Below are positions 26,470-42,580 of a DNA stretch of 64,000 bases, one piece after another. The first letter of the stretch is position 1; every line of letters starts with the position of its first letter. The position numbers and the translations under genes are program-made. The stretch spans positions 61,690,001 to 61,754,000 of the forward strand of contig OX597828.1 in the NCBI GenBank assembly GCA_951406725.2. The letters run 5' to 3'. Origin of the DNA: Octopus vulgaris. Its lineage: Eukaryota. The notes under the pieces were generated by a model, which saw nothing but the letters and a program-made list of their open reading frames with translations, made no database searches and had not been told where the DNA came from.

Positions 26470-27230
26470 AATTTTGTATGTTTGGTAAATTCAGTTGTTG
26501 AAGCTGAAATGACAGCAGTGCTCCAAGACAATGTAATCGAGATGAAAAATTATGTCAGTCAATGCGAAGGCAATTTTAAAAGCTGTTATGGAAGCCACCA
26601 ATCTTCCTTCCGACACATTGATAAAAATAAAGCTACTAAGTTGGCTAGCCATGTCTGGGTCTGAAGACCAACTGCACACCACATAAAATCATGTGGAGAA
26701 TCGTGGAAACATCGCCGCTATATATAAATATATCAAAGAAATGAGAGGTGAGCGTAGCTGAAAGAGCGCACATTCTTTTAAATCTATCACTACTTAATTT
26801 AGCACATTACTTAATTCCAGATCCGAAATTTTTAACAAACGCAAGCACGTGGACAAGTTTCTTTTTTTGAACTGGAGAACACCACCCTCACAGATTTTAG
26901 CATCCCCTCTGTTATATTATTCTACACCAGCTAGACTAATTATGCTTTCTACAAAGGGGACGAAGATCTTGATTTTCTTTCTTTCTTTTCTTTCTTTTCG
27001 TCCCAATTTTTGCATTAAACTTCGCTTTTTTCTTCTTGTCTTTTCCCCTGTCTTTTCATAGGCTAGCGTCCTGGTTCTCAAATGAGTCCAGCGGTAAGCA
27101 CTGAGCCTGGAAGATTGCTTGGAGACATATACCATGTTATATATATCTGCCAAATCATTGTATCTATACAATGGATAGAGACGTTTTTGTTGATCCTACT
27201 TATAACAGAACACTAAACTATATATGTATG
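26470..27230 (+). mobile_element. Naiad-type PLE GIY-YIG remnant with in-frame TGA at the CxxC position and a 3' SECIS-like hairpin
   Basis: CLVNSVVEA...NYVSQCEGNFKSCYGSHQSSFR...TKLASHVW / LKTNCTPHKIMWRIVETSPLYINISKK*EVSVAERAHIL / TLLNSRSEIFNKRKHVDKFL; homologous to ORF 1751..2293. Confidence 0.82.
27076..27125 (+). promoter_or_regulatory. SECIS-like stem-loop (possibly decayed)
   Basis: tctcaa-ATGAg-tccag-cggt-AAgc-actg-agc-ctgga-aGAt-tgc-ttggaga: AUGA/GA quartet, paired helix and apical AA. Confidence 0.4.
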
Positions 27231-27281
27231 TTTGTCTGCGTAAACTGACTAATAAACTAACTAACTCCCCCACTCTCTCTC

Positions 27282-27442
<161 letters not shown>

Positions 27443-27824
27443 GTACATATAGGAATATATGCATACATATATATGTGTGTGTGCATGTATGTATGTACAT
27501 ATGTATGTATGTATTAACTAGATGCACACGCTGCATCGTTGATCGAAATATTGGTGTGTGCAATTATCTTTAACATTTTTGTCTATATCGGGACATGGAA
27601 AGACATTCGCTGCTGAAACTGTCTCGAGAGAAATATATACTCGAGGAGACTATATATTTGAGAACACAAGGCTGGGTTATGAATAAAGTCATCCGACCGT
27701 GGAACGCATATATTTCTGCATCGTTGCGCTGCATCAGCTATGGAAACAGAATCCATCGTTGATAACCCATTAAGAACAGCTGTTTTCATATTTAAACAGC
27801 AAAAATTACATTTACCTACTTACG

Positions 27825-27900
<76 letters not shown>

Positions 27901-28389
27901 TATATATTGACAGAGAGATACATAAACATATATAAATAAATGCATATATAAATATATCTACATATGTAATATATATATAAATGTACAAACATACACACAC
28001 ATACACACACTCACACACACAAACACACATATATATATATGTATATGTAAACACGCAGGCACAGATAAAGAGATATGCACGCACGCACACATAACACACA
28101 CACACATACGCATTTGTGTGTACATGTGTGTGTATACGCATACATGTAAGTATATTCTATGTATGTATTAACAGTTTGTCTCAGATTCTCATGAAGTTTT
28201 GAGACCATCGCAGAACCCCACATCATCAGATTTTGGAAACAAAAACGATTATGTGTGTTGTGTGTGCGCGCGCGCGTGCGTGAGTGCGTGTGTGTGTGTA
28301 AGCGCGCACGCAGACACACACTCACACACACACGTACAAGCACACACGCACGTATGCACACACTCATACACACACGTACACACACACAT

Positions 28390-28700
28390 AACGGTTGTTG
28401 GGTTGAATTTTACGAATTTTATGTCTCCTTTTTCCTCAGAAACTGTTTGGTCTATTGGTGTTTCCGCTGAGAAAAGTTAACTGATAAGCAGAACTGGAAG
28501 ATACCTAAATACAGGAAAAGATTTTCATGTAGCCTGATGATTCGTGCAGGGTATGAAAATGTCGATAGTCTAAAGGCTGTAAGATGTCACATGGACATTT
28601 GCAACAGAGACTATGAAGCCGTAACCAGTAGGAGGGTAAAAAGCAGGCGTTCCGACAGTGTCCACACGTCGATGTTCATCCAAAAATTGTTAAATAAGGC
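28390..28700 (+). mobile_element. Probable Tc1/mariner transposase N-terminal remnant
   Basis: KRFSCSLMIRAG...DYEAVTSRRVKSRRSDSVHTSMFIQKL resembles the HTH-linker region of these transposases; weak evidence. Confidence 0.4.
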
Positions 28701-29289
28701 CTTAGGCTCAGTTCGATCGACTATGTGAATCTGTTGGAGACTGTGTTCGAACCCTGTGGGCCGTCGCAGAAGTACTCACTCTGCCAGCTGAGGGTACTGG
28801 TCTACGCGAAAAGAAGTGTTTTGCTCAAGAACACAACGCATTATTTGCTCCAGGAATCACTCTCTTATGATCATGACACGCTAACCACTAAGGAATCACT
28901 CTCTTACGATCCCGGGTTCAATCTCAATGCATGGCACCTTGAGCATGTGTCTTCTACTCTAGACTCGGGCCGACCAAAATTTGGATACAATATACCGAAA
29001 CTGTAAGAAGCCTCGTATATTGTGTGTATGTGTGTGTGTGTTGTGCGTGTGTGTGTTTGTGTTGTGTGTGTGTGCACCTGCATGCGTATGTGTGTGTTTG
29101 TCCTCTCTCACTGCTTGGCAACCGACGCTGATGTATTTACGTCCACGTAACTTAAAGATTTGATCATCCAAGAAAGCGATCGCATAATTACCAGGCTTAA
29201 CAAAAATGTACTGGTGTTGATTCACTCGACGAAAATTCTTAAAGGCGTAGGATGGCTTAAGTGCGTAAACGATTGAAGATATATGTATG

Positions 29290-29364
<75 letters not shown>

Positions 29365-29716
29365 TATGTTTTTCTTTCTCCTTGTTTTTTCTGTGTCCCT
29401 TTCTGTAGAAGAGCGTAGGCTCGAAACGTAAAAGACTTTTTCTATTCCTGAGCGTTATACTAATACATCTGTTTGTTTTGTACACCACCTGTCTTCGTCT
29501 TTTGTTTTTTTCTTAAACTCTCCCTATGTCTGTATGTATGTATGTATGTATGTATGTATGTATGTATGTATGTATGTATGTACGTATGTATGTATGTATG
29601 TATGTATGTACGTATGTATGAATGTATGTATGTATGTATGTATTATGTATGTATGTATGTATATCTGTCTTGCTACGTACGTGCGTATATGTGTGTGTGA
29701 ATATGACTTGTTCTAG

Positions 29717-30223
<507 letters not shown>

Positions 30224-30619
30224 TATATTCAAATTTTTAGCCCAGAAAATTTAAATGGAGAATCACCATGCAAATATCGATGTCAAAAACATGGAGCAAA
30301 GAGCCTTCCCGAGCCATGGGCTCTTAAGGCCGGTTTCCCGGATGGTATGCCGGTCTGTGCCAGGATCACTAATTTATGTCAACTGTATGTATATATGTAT
30401 ATATGTATGTATGTATGTGTGCATGTATGTATGTATGTATGTATGTATGTATGTATGTATGTATGTATGTATGTATGCATGCCTCTATGTTATTTTCATG
30501 TATGTATTGGTATGACAATTAGAAGAAAAGTTGGCGTCTACACGGAAGTTCTGGAATCCAAAGAAACAGTGTGATATATTTTTGTACAACGACATATCTG
30601 TATCTGCATGCTTGAGTAG

Positions 30620-30712
<93 letters not shown>

Positions 30713-31023
30713 ATATATATATATGTGTGTGTGTGCGTGTGTATATATGTATGTATGTATGTATGTATGTAAGTATATATGTATGAATGTATGTATGTAT
30801 GTATGAATAAAACACGATTTATTCGCGATCAGATTTATTCGAAAACCGGGGTACTACCTTATATAATAATATATTTATATGTGAACGGTTCTGAAGCTCG
30901 CTTTGAGAACACGTATCTTAAAGTTCAGTTTCACTGTCTTCCACTATAGCCCGGACTGTCAAATTCCTTGTGAGTGAATTTAGTAAACAGAACTGTGTGG
31001 AAACCCAAATATGCATACATACA

Positions 31024-31153
<130 letters not shown>

Positions 31154-31163
31154 TATATATATA

Positions 31164-31204
<41 letters not shown>

Positions 31205-31352
31205 TATATATATATATAAACAATATATATATGTATATGTATGTATATATCTGTATAAAAAATGTAATATACAGATAAATATCTGTAAATATAAACCATC
31301 CGATTTTCTGATTACCTCATTTCTTCTAATATAAAATACCTCTACATCATCT

Positions 31353-31405
<53 letters not shown>

Positions 31406-31520
31406 CATATATATATATATATATGTATGTATATATACATATATGTATGTATGTATGTATATATATATATATATGAAATATATGAATATATATATATGTA
31501 TTTGTATATGTATATATATA

Positions 31521-31576
<56 letters not shown>

Positions 31577-32379
31577 CTTACTGTGGATCTTTGTGGTTTT
31601 CGTCACTGCTTACAATTGTTTTCAGATTTGGTTTATGGATTAAGTTTTGCATAATAATTACGAAAAGGAAAATTATTTTCGCAATAAATCCATAACTAAA
31701 AAGTTATTACCCATTAAAATTTGCAAAATTTGGGTATTTTAGCCAATTTGTGTATTTTACACATCACCGTGGCGGAAACCTTTGTTTCAATAGTAACCAA
31801 AGATTCTGCGCATGCGTGAAACATAATCTTTGTGTGTAACAAACGATGATCGATGTCACATCTCAAAAGACAAACACTAGATAACATTGACAAGTGTATT
31901 AATTTGATTTACCATCCATATTTATATATAAAATACTGCAATTAATCGTCAATTAGCCAGCTAGTTTATTTTATGAAATCCTAGAGTGTATTGCAAACAT
32001 TCGTTCTTGAAGTTTTTTAACTATTAAATGTCTGTTCTAAACAATGTTTTGACTGTTATTTCTAGCAACACCTGTTGGTTTGTTTGTTCGTAGCTTTTAA
32101 ATATTTAATTTGTTTGCGAATGTTTTAATGTTAACTTAATTCGTGTATATGTTAATGTTCTGACTGTTATTTCTAGCAATGATTTGACATGCCGATGGAA
32201 GAAGCAGTGAATGCGGTGTTTTCTGATTGGCTGAAAATTCTGAAATTTATCAAACTTTGAACACCTGTAACATTTTTGCATCATTTTTCTGGAAAAAATG
32301 AATAACATTCGGATTTAGCATCGAAAATTACATCTATATGATATATTAAAAAAAGTTTTTAAAGGTAATTGTAAACACG

Positions 32380-32410
<31 letters not shown>

Positions 32411-32503
32411 CGTACATGCACACGCACCCACACGCGCACACATGTACTCTTTCATGTACGTGCATGTTTTTGTGTTTGCATGTGATTGTGTGTGTTTCAT
32501 TGC

Positions 32504-32622
<119 letters not shown>

Positions 32623-32649
32623 GTATATATATGTGTGTGTGTATATATT

Positions 32650-32685
<36 letters not shown>

Positions 32686-32731
32686 CGTACATACGTACAT
32701 ACATACATACATACATACATACATACATACA

Positions 32732-32761
<30 letters not shown>

Positions 32762-32762
<1 letters not shown>

Positions 32763-33635
32763 GAGGTCTGATCAATAAATATCTGGAATGTTGCTATAAT
32801 AACAAAGCTAAGGCCAAAGCACGCCGAGTGAAGTCGCTTAGCACAGATTGACCTTGATTTCTGCTGTGCATGCGCTCTAAGTCTTAACGTTCTAGCTCAC
32901 TTCAGCTATTTACAGCAATGCTTGAAAGGAACGTGTGTAGCGCGTGATCGTCCCATTGACTATGGCAGAGAAAGTTGAGCCGATAATCAGTGTCAAATAT
33001 TGAGAAAAGCTTGGCATACGCAAATTTACAGAAAGTGTATGGAGAGGAGTGTAGGGACCAAAAAGTGTCGATAATGACGAACTTTCTGGGAAACGCACAA
33101 CCAAGAGAACTGAGAAAAAACATCGCAGATGCGTGTGCAGCTGTGAAGAGGAAATCGTCGAATCACCATCTGTGGGTTATCAGAGGATGTGCCGATTTGT
33201 TACGTGTTAGTTCAGTCCATTATCACTGAGGATTTGGGTATGAGAAGAGTGTTTGCTAAAATTGCTTTCAGCTGACAACGCACCTCCCTATACAGCGCAA
33301 CTCCTGCAGCAGCTTTTCGCTAGGCACAGCATTCAGGAGGCCCGACAGCCACCGTATTCCCCAGATCTCGCCCCTTGAGACTTTTTCTTCATTCAAAAAA
33401 TCAAATCCTGATTGAAAGGAAGATTTCAGGACATCGAGGAAATCAAAGTGGAATGCGACGAGGCAGCAGCTGATTATCCCGGAAAACGAGTTCCGGGAAT
33501 GCTTCTGGAAACAGCGCTGGATTGCGTGTGTGGTTTCCGAAAAGGACTACTTTGAAGGAGATTAAATGCCAAATTGGTACGTATGGTAGCATTGTTTTTG
33601 TCGCACATGTCCGGATACTTATTGATCAGACCTCG
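32762..33635 (+). mobile_element. Mariner-like element, internally deleted
   Basis: TIRs (c/t)gaggtctgatcaataa.tatc.gga and tccggatacttattgatcagacctcg, with TA-derived flanks. Remnants read DNAPPYTAQ...QPPYSPDLAP*DFF...LKGRFQDIEEIK. Confidence 0.92.
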
Positions 33636-34211
33636 CATATGTGTGTGTGTATCTGTGTGTGCGTGTGTGTGTGTGTGATATATCAATATCTATCTAGCTA
33701 GCTAGCTATCTATCTATCTTTTACTGCTACAGTCATTAGACCGCGACAATACTGAGGCATCGCCTTGAAGTAGCTTTAGTCGAATGAATCGACCCCCAGT
33801 AATTTTTTTTACAACGGATTTTTATTCTGTCGGTTTCTTTTGCCGGGTCGCTAAGTTAAGGGGACGTAAACACACCAACACCGATTGTTAAGCGGTAATG
33901 AATGACAAACACAGACACAAAGACACACACACTCACATAGCGTTGTGAGTGGGTTTGGTGGACGGAAAACAAAAAATACAAGGTGTGGATACATTATTGG
34001 GTATTTGTTTGCGCTCCACTGCAGCTTGACAACCAGTTTTGGTTTCTGTATTTCCTGGTAACCTATCAGTTCGACTAGAGATCGATAGAATAAGCGCTAG
34101 GCTTTAAGAAATATACTCGTGTCGATTCAATCGACTAAAAGCCCTACAAGGCGGTGCCCCAGCATGGCTGCAGTCCAATGAATGAAGCAAGTAAAAGATA
34201 AAAGATATATA

Positions 34212-34747
34212 CGAGTTCTGAGCCAAAAAGTATCGGGAGTATTGATATGGTAACGGAGCTAAAGTCTGCAGAGTGAAGCCGCTTGGTGCAGACAGACACG
34301 AAGCTATACCGTTCTCGCTCGCTTCCGTTGTTTATAGCAGTGCTTCGAAGTAAAGCGTGTAGAGTGTAGTGGCCTCATCACAATGCAGACGTTTCATCAG
34401 TGATTATAGCAGAGAAAAACTGAGCAGAGAATCTGCATCAACTTTTACCAAAAGCTTGGTGACACCTATGCTTTTCCTGTTTTTCTCTTTCCAAAAATCA
34501 AATCCCACTTCAAAGGAACAAGATTTCAAGACGTCGGGAAAATCCAAGAGAATGGGGCCTTGCAGCCTTTCGCAATCAAAAAAAAAAAAAAAGTAGTTCT
34601 AGGAATGCTTCCATCAATGGAAGCGATGTTGGATAAAGAGTGTGGTTTCAGGAGGGGAGTACTTCGAAGGAGATTTGATACCGAATTGATATGTGTTGTA
34701 GTTTCCTTTTCATAGCACCAGTCCCGCTATTTTATGATCAGGCCTCG
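34212..34747 (+). mobile_element. Second, shorter mariner-like deletion derivative
   Basis: ta|cgagttctgagccaaaaagtatcggga ... tcccgctattttatgatcaggcctcg|ta; internally similar to 32762-33635. Confidence 0.85.
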
Positions 34748-34919
34748 TATATATAAAAAATGAGCTTCTTTGGATTTTAGTCTACCAAAGCCGCTCACAG
34801 TGGTTTGTTAGGCTCGGGACTATAGTAGCAGACTGCTGCCCATTGAACCGTGCAAGAGGATTGGTCTCGAAACCATGTGGTTGGAAAGCGATCTTCGCCC
34901 CTCACAGCCATTCTTGCAC

Positions 34920-34950
<31 letters not shown>

Positions 34951-35043
34951 AGTGTGAGTGCATGTACATGTATACAATTATACATCTATTTATACAATAC
35001 ATAAATGCGTGCATATACATGCATTCATATATATATATATATA

Positions 35044-35074
<31 letters not shown>

Positions 35075-35077
35075 AAT

Positions 35078-35312
35078 GTGACCGCGTGTGTACCGTTGGC
35101 GATTTTTTTCCCTCTGTCTTCCCTTCTCTGGATCTTTCCTTCTCCTATGTTTCCGACGAAGAGCTCCGCTCGAAACGTTCAACCCCCCTTCTTCCCTTCC
35201 TTCATGAGCGTCCAATAATACTATATTTGTTCCACGTCCTACTATATTTGTCCAATAATACTATATTTGCTCCACGTTGTTGTGTTTTCTCTTTGTGTTT
35301 TCGTGTTTGGAT

Positions 35313-35318
<6 letters not shown>
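35078..35318 (+). mobile_element. PLE-derived module with minimal hammerhead variant (35149-35183); family also at 38722-38940
   Basis: gttt-CCGACGA-agagc tcc gctc-GAAA-cg-TT; the second copy reads attt-CCGAAGA-agaac tct gatc-GAAA-cg-TA-aaat (38795-38829). Confidence 0.7.
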
Positions 35319-35360
<42 letters not shown>

Positions 35361-35398
35361 TATATATGTATGTGTGTTTGTGTGTTTTGCGTGCGTGT

Positions 35399-35443
<45 letters not shown>

Positions 35444-35848
35444 TATGGAAGACCCAACATTACTCATGGTGAAAAATTCAAGCCCTCAATATAGTATTTC
35501 CCTATCACGGTCTAAGATGGACAACCAGACAGAGACCCTGTACATCATTCTTTAATGAAACTTAGTTTGTAATATGCGGGCATAAAATGAGATCTATGTG
35601 GAGTGGATATAAATACAATTGAACAAGACTTAATGATTTTATAGCCAATGATCATAGATGAGCTTATGGCACAAGACACTCATGAGAATAACAATCGCTA
35701 AGGGCGAGTAAAAGAACTTTGGCGGCAACGTTTACGATTCTCCAGCGGAGTCAAAGCTACAAAAAGAAATAGAAGGTATATAAGAATTCAAAGAATACGT
35801 AAAAATACGTAAGAATATACATATGTGTGTATGTGCGCGTGTATATAT

Positions 35849-35929
<81 letters not shown>

Positions 35930-35950
35930 TTATATATATATATACATACA

Positions 35951-36125
35951 GGTGCAAGAAAGGTAAGCTGTGTGATAAAAAGCTTGCTTCCCAACAACAT
36001 GGTTCTCAGTTGAGTCCTACAGCGTGGCACATTGGGAAAGTGCCTTCTACTATAACCTCGGGCCGACTAAAGCCTTGAGAGTGGATTTCGTAGACGGAAA
36101 CTGAAAGAAGCCCGCCGTATATATG

Positions 36126-36158
<33 letters not shown>

Positions 36159-36360
36159 TTCTGCTTCTGTGTTTGTCACCCGCACCATCGCTTGACAACC
36201 GATGTTGGTGCGTTTACGTCCCAGTAACTTAACGGTACGGCAACAGCGACTGATAAAGTAATTACTAGGCTTACAAACAATAAATTCTGGAGTCGATTTG
36301 CTTGATTAAAGGGGGTGCTCCAGCATGGCCGCAGTCAACTGACTGAAACAAGTAAAAGAA
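35951..36360 (+). mobile_element. OR-type CORE-like SINE, near full length
   Basis: tRNA-like head, ttgggaaagtgccttctactata core and ccagcatggccgcagtc...tgaaacaagtaaaag tail. Confidence 0.85.
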
Positions 36361-36395
36361 AAACTGAAAATACATAGATATGTGTGTGTGCGTGC

Positions 36396-36453
<58 letters not shown>

Positions 36454-36582
36454 ATATATCTATATATAAAATCTGCTATTCATTGAGCTATTCTATTATT
36501 TCATTTTGCATGTATGCATATACACATACATACATACATACGTACGTGCATACATACATACATACATACATACATACATACA

Positions 36583-36821
<239 letters not shown>

Positions 36822-37062
36822 ATATATATATATCTTTGTGAGTAGAGGAACAAATGTAAATATCACGCATCTGATTGGAGTTAATAATTTTGGAGTTAGC
36901 ATTTAGTACGAGTGTCGCCGGGCTTCATTTTACTTAATGTTTCGTGAGGGTAAGACGCACGCATTTACATAAATATATATATATACATACATTCATAAGT
37001 AGATATATATTATATATATATGTGTGTGTGTGTATTTATATATACGCATACATCCACACATC

Positions 37063-37112
<50 letters not shown>

Positions 37113-37153
37113 TGTACATATATATAACTATATCTATCTATCTACCTACCTAC

Positions 37154-37282
<129 letters not shown>

Positions 37283-37627
37283 CAGGCGTGGTCGTGTCGT
37301 AAGAAGTTTCCTTCCTAACCACTACGTGGCACCTTCCACAGGTCACAGTTGTCTGCAACTATAGCCTCGGATCGACCAAAACCTTGTGAGTGGCTTTGTT
37401 AGACGGAAACCGAAAGAAACCCATCCTGTATATATATATATGTATACATTTATGCGTGTGTGTCTTTGTCTCTGTGTTTGTCTCCCTACTATCAATTGAC
37501 AGTCGCTGCAGGTGTGTTCATGCTCCCGTAACTTATCGGTTCAGCAAAAGAGACCGATAAGATATGTAATAAAATATATATACACGCATATATATATATA
37601 TATATGCGTGTATATATAAATGTATAT

Positions 37628-37766
<139 letters not shown>

Positions 37767-38006
37767 CAGCTTGATAAAGGTTTGATTTCGGTCGATACAT
37801 TTTGTTATTTGCTTCGCTGCTTAAGAGCTAAGTTTGGTTTCTGCACCCACGAAAAATTAGAGTGCATGGAATTGCATCAAACTATTATTATTAAACTATT
37901 ATACATGCATGCAATCCCGGCTTAATATGTTAAGTGCCACTTTCTTTTGCCCACTCACTTGTTATACACAAGCATACACACACACGTACATGTATAATGT
38001 ATATAT

Positions 38007-38062
<56 letters not shown>

Positions 38063-38174
38063 TCACATACATACACATATATATATATATTTGTATGCAT
38101 GTATATGAAAAATAATTATATATATATAATAAATATATATATTCTGATTATATATATATATACATATATATATA

Positions 38175-38209
<35 letters not shown>

Positions 38210-38262
38210 GTACATATATATGTACATATATATGTACATATATGTACATATATACGTATAAA

Positions 38263-38294
<32 letters not shown>

Positions 38295-38528
38295 CGTATG
38301 TATATATAAATACATCATACATCCATATATATATACACACACATTTAGTTTAATTAATATTTAGCAGAAGTAACAGAATTACCCTAGGTCCGATGTCTGA
38401 TAAGTGTCAACGGGCGAAACTTTCCGACCTTGAGTTACTTTGTTACTACTGCAAAATTTTAATAAAAGTATACATATACTCATATTGTGAGTTCTATTTT
38501 CCCTGTTTGCAACAACATATATGTCTAT

Positions 38529-38561
<33 letters not shown>

Positions 38562-38635
38562 AGTATGTATATATTTACATACATACACACATACATACAT
38601 AAATACATATATACATACATACATACATACATACA

Positions 38636-38723
<88 letters not shown>

Positions 38724-38964
38724 CTACCACATGTGAATCGTTGGCGATTTTTTTCCTCCGTCTTCCTTTTCTATTGGACTTTCCTCTGTCTCCAATTTCC
38801 GAAGAAGAACTCTGATCGAAACGTAAAATCACCTTTCTTTCCTTCCTTGAGTGTCTGCTAATACTTTACATGTACCACCTCCTCGCTTTGTTATTTATTT
38901 GTGTTTGTTCTTCGTCTTTTTTTTGTGAGGGGTTTTACTTTATATGTATATATACATACATACC

Positions 38965-39016
<52 letters not shown>

Positions 39017-39166
39017 TACATATATATAGATATATACATTACATCACACACACAAACACTCACATAGACATATATATATATATATATATATGTGTGTGTA
39101 TGTGTGTGTGTGTGTGTGTGTATATATATAGATAGATAGATATAGGTATATACATAGATAGATAGG

Positions 39167-39216
<50 letters not shown>

Positions 39217-39295
39217 TACACACACACACACCTACACACACGCACACACATACATACAAACACACACACAAACACACACATATATATATATATAA

Positions 39296-39348
<53 letters not shown>

Positions 39349-39881
39349 GATATGAATGTATGTATAAACGTCGAAAGATCTCTAGCGAATTGAAAAGTAA
39401 GTACGTATATCATTTCGTTGAATTAGGGTTTCGTAGACAGAAGTATTATTAACGTACTTAACAGGTAGAATAATTTTAATGAAGTATATGATAAGGTCTC
39501 CATATTGCTATACCTGTTTTATGTTGCTAAGTTCGAATCCAAGACCCTGTGGTTAAAAAGTGAACCCCATATGTATGTATGTAAGTATGTATGGATGTAC
39601 GTATGTATGTATGTATGTATGTATGTATGTGTGTGTATGTATGTATGTATATGTGTGTGTGTGTGTGTATGTATGCATGTATATTCATATACATATACGG
39701 ATAGATGAATAGACTCTTTGTTACTATGAAAAACGCGTATGTGCGAGTGAGTGCATATTCATAATTGTGTGTGTGCGTGCGCGCTTGTGTTTTTGAGTGT
39801 GTGTGTTTTAGAAGGAGAGAGAGTATATGTATATTGTTGGTTTATATATTATTGAATTATGCACGTTACAAATATAAACGC

Positions 39882-39932
<51 letters not shown>

Positions 39933-40234
39933 TATATATATATATGTAAAAGTAAAAAAAATATACAAACTGGGACAAGAACGTAAAACATTTAGAAGAC
40001 GACACATATATATATATATATAATTTCAGCAAAATTTAGATTCAGATGAAATGGTAGTTAAGTTAAATGTACCAGAATTTGGTATGGTATTATCCATATA
40101 AATCAAATGGGGTGATTATAATCAAAATAAGCAACAATTAACCTCTCTGTCTATATATCTACTCTCATTGTTATGTTGGCAAATGAAATAAGTATAAACA
40201 ATGTACATTGTCCATTTAATTTTTTAAATTCTAT

Positions 40235-40320
40235 ATGTCTGAAGATTGCTTTACATTTTAAAACTGATGTATTTCTTACATTGTTCAATAAAATGAAGTA
40301 GCATGAAACGATTGTACTAC
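40235..40320 (+). ncRNA. Hammerhead-like motif with long stem II (U.U-type family)
   Basis: CTGAAGA-ttgct ttacatttta...taaaatg aagt agcat-GAAA-cgattg-TA; stem I is poor. Confidence 0.6.
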
Positions 40321-40389
40321 ACTACCTTGAATATCTTTGTTGCTTATTTTGAGTATATATATATATATATACATATAGATAGATAGATC

Positions 40390-40484
<95 letters not shown>

Positions 40485-40906
40485 GTTACACATTTGCTGT
40501 CCCTCGGTTTATATGATAGATGGCTTGACAGTGTCACTGGAATGTTGTCTTCTCTCAATATACTTTCATTTCATCCTTCGGTAGTGATAACGAACCACTT
40601 TCTAACCTCACCTCCAAGTTAGAATGTTTTAATACTTTTCTCAAGATTATTGAAACTGAATAGCAGAGTTTCATGCATGAAGAGTATCGAGCTCTGTGGA
40701 AACGAAAATTTCTATGTTGCATCATCTTCAAATTGGAAGTGGTTCGAGAGAATGTGCGAAACACTTTCAAATAATAAAGAAAAATTTTACAACCATCAGT
40801 AGAAATGAAGAAAAAGTGGGATCAGTATTAATCACCTGATTTTCTGTAGCGTAACGTGCGTGTGCATACACATGCACACACACACACACACACACCACAC
40901 ACATGG

Positions 40907-40940
<34 letters not shown>

Positions 40941-41017
40941 CCGTGACCGACCAGGCTACCAGATGTTGCGACACATCGCTGGTGACAATGGACTTCGCAT
41001 TATATATATGCACTTCA

Positions 41018-41140
<123 letters not shown>

Positions 41141-41345
41141 CAAATTTACAGAAAACAAAAGACGAAGACAGGTGTAGGAACAACAGGCAGGTGTATAAGT
41201 CTGACGCTCGGGAAGAATTGAAAAGTCTTTGACGTTTCGAGCCTACACTCTTTGACAGAAAGGGTTGAGTGGAAAAGAAATGGAAAGAGAGCGAGAAACA
41301 AAAATGTCTAGAGATTAACGATTCAACATGATATATATTTATTAG

Positions 41346-41573
41346 GGCGGCGACCAGGCAGAATCGTTAGCACGCCGGGCGAAATGTTTGCGGTATTTCG
41401 TCTGCTGTTACGTTCTGAGTTCAAATTCCGCCGAGGTCGTCTTTGCCTTTCATCCTTTCGGGGTCGACTAAATAAGTACCAGTTACGCACTATGTCAATA
41501 TAATCGACTTAATCCCTTTGTTTGTCCTTGTTTGTCTTCTCTAAGCTTAGTCCCATATGGGCAATAAAGAAAT
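41346..41573 (+). mobile_element. OK-type (Meta-domain) SINE, full length
   Basis: ggcggcgaccaggcagaatcgttagcacgccgggcgaaatg...gcctttcatcctttcggggtcgactaaataagtaccag...aataaagaaata. Confidence 0.9.
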
Positions 41574-41898
41574 ATGTTTGCATACGCACACACCTTGTAT
41601 CCTATTTCTTTTACTTGTGTCTGTCATTGGACAGCGGCTATCCTGGGGTACCGTCTTGAAGGAACTAATCGAAGAAATCGACTCACTATTTGTCAAGCGG
41701 TGGTGTAGGACAACCACAAACACAAACAGTGTGTTTGTGTTTGCATATATGTTGCGTGAGTGTCTTGTGTGAATTTATGCGTTACCTGTTAAAATCACAA
41801 AGTAATAACGGTATTCGTTACTGAAGCCGATAAATAAAACTTGTCAAATAGTATGCCTGAGTGCCTCCAAAATTAGTTATTTATATTTACATACATGC

Positions 41899-41947
<49 letters not shown>

Positions 41948-42532
41948 TATATATACATGTATGTAAATATAAATAGCTAATTTATGTGTCCTCTGGATTA
42001 TATATATATATTGATATATACTGCACATACACTCTCCAAACCCCATGCACACGCACACACACACATAGGACGAGCCTCTCTCAGTTTCCGTCAACAAAAT
42101 CTCTTTTCAAGACTTTGATTGGTCAGGGGCTACAGTTGAACTCGAAACCACCTGGTTGAGAAATAAGCTTCTAACCGAACGGCCTTACACGCGCCTATGC
42201 ATACATATCGTGCGTATTCATAATCGTAATTATAATCGGCTTGTTCAAAGAATAATTGTTTAAATTATGTCTTAGCGCTATTTTTATTTATTTATTTTTG
42301 CAAAATCAAAGAAATGTATTTCTTTCGATTTGCATAGAACAATTCTGCCGAAGGAAGGAATAGGCAGTAAAATATATGTACAAACATGCATGCACACACG
42401 TACACACATACTCATACACATATGCATACATGCATATGTATATAAATATACAATACATATACATACAAATAAATATATATGTATATATATATATATATAT
42501 ACATATATGTATAGATATTTGTATATATATAT

Positions 42533-42580
<48 letters not shown>

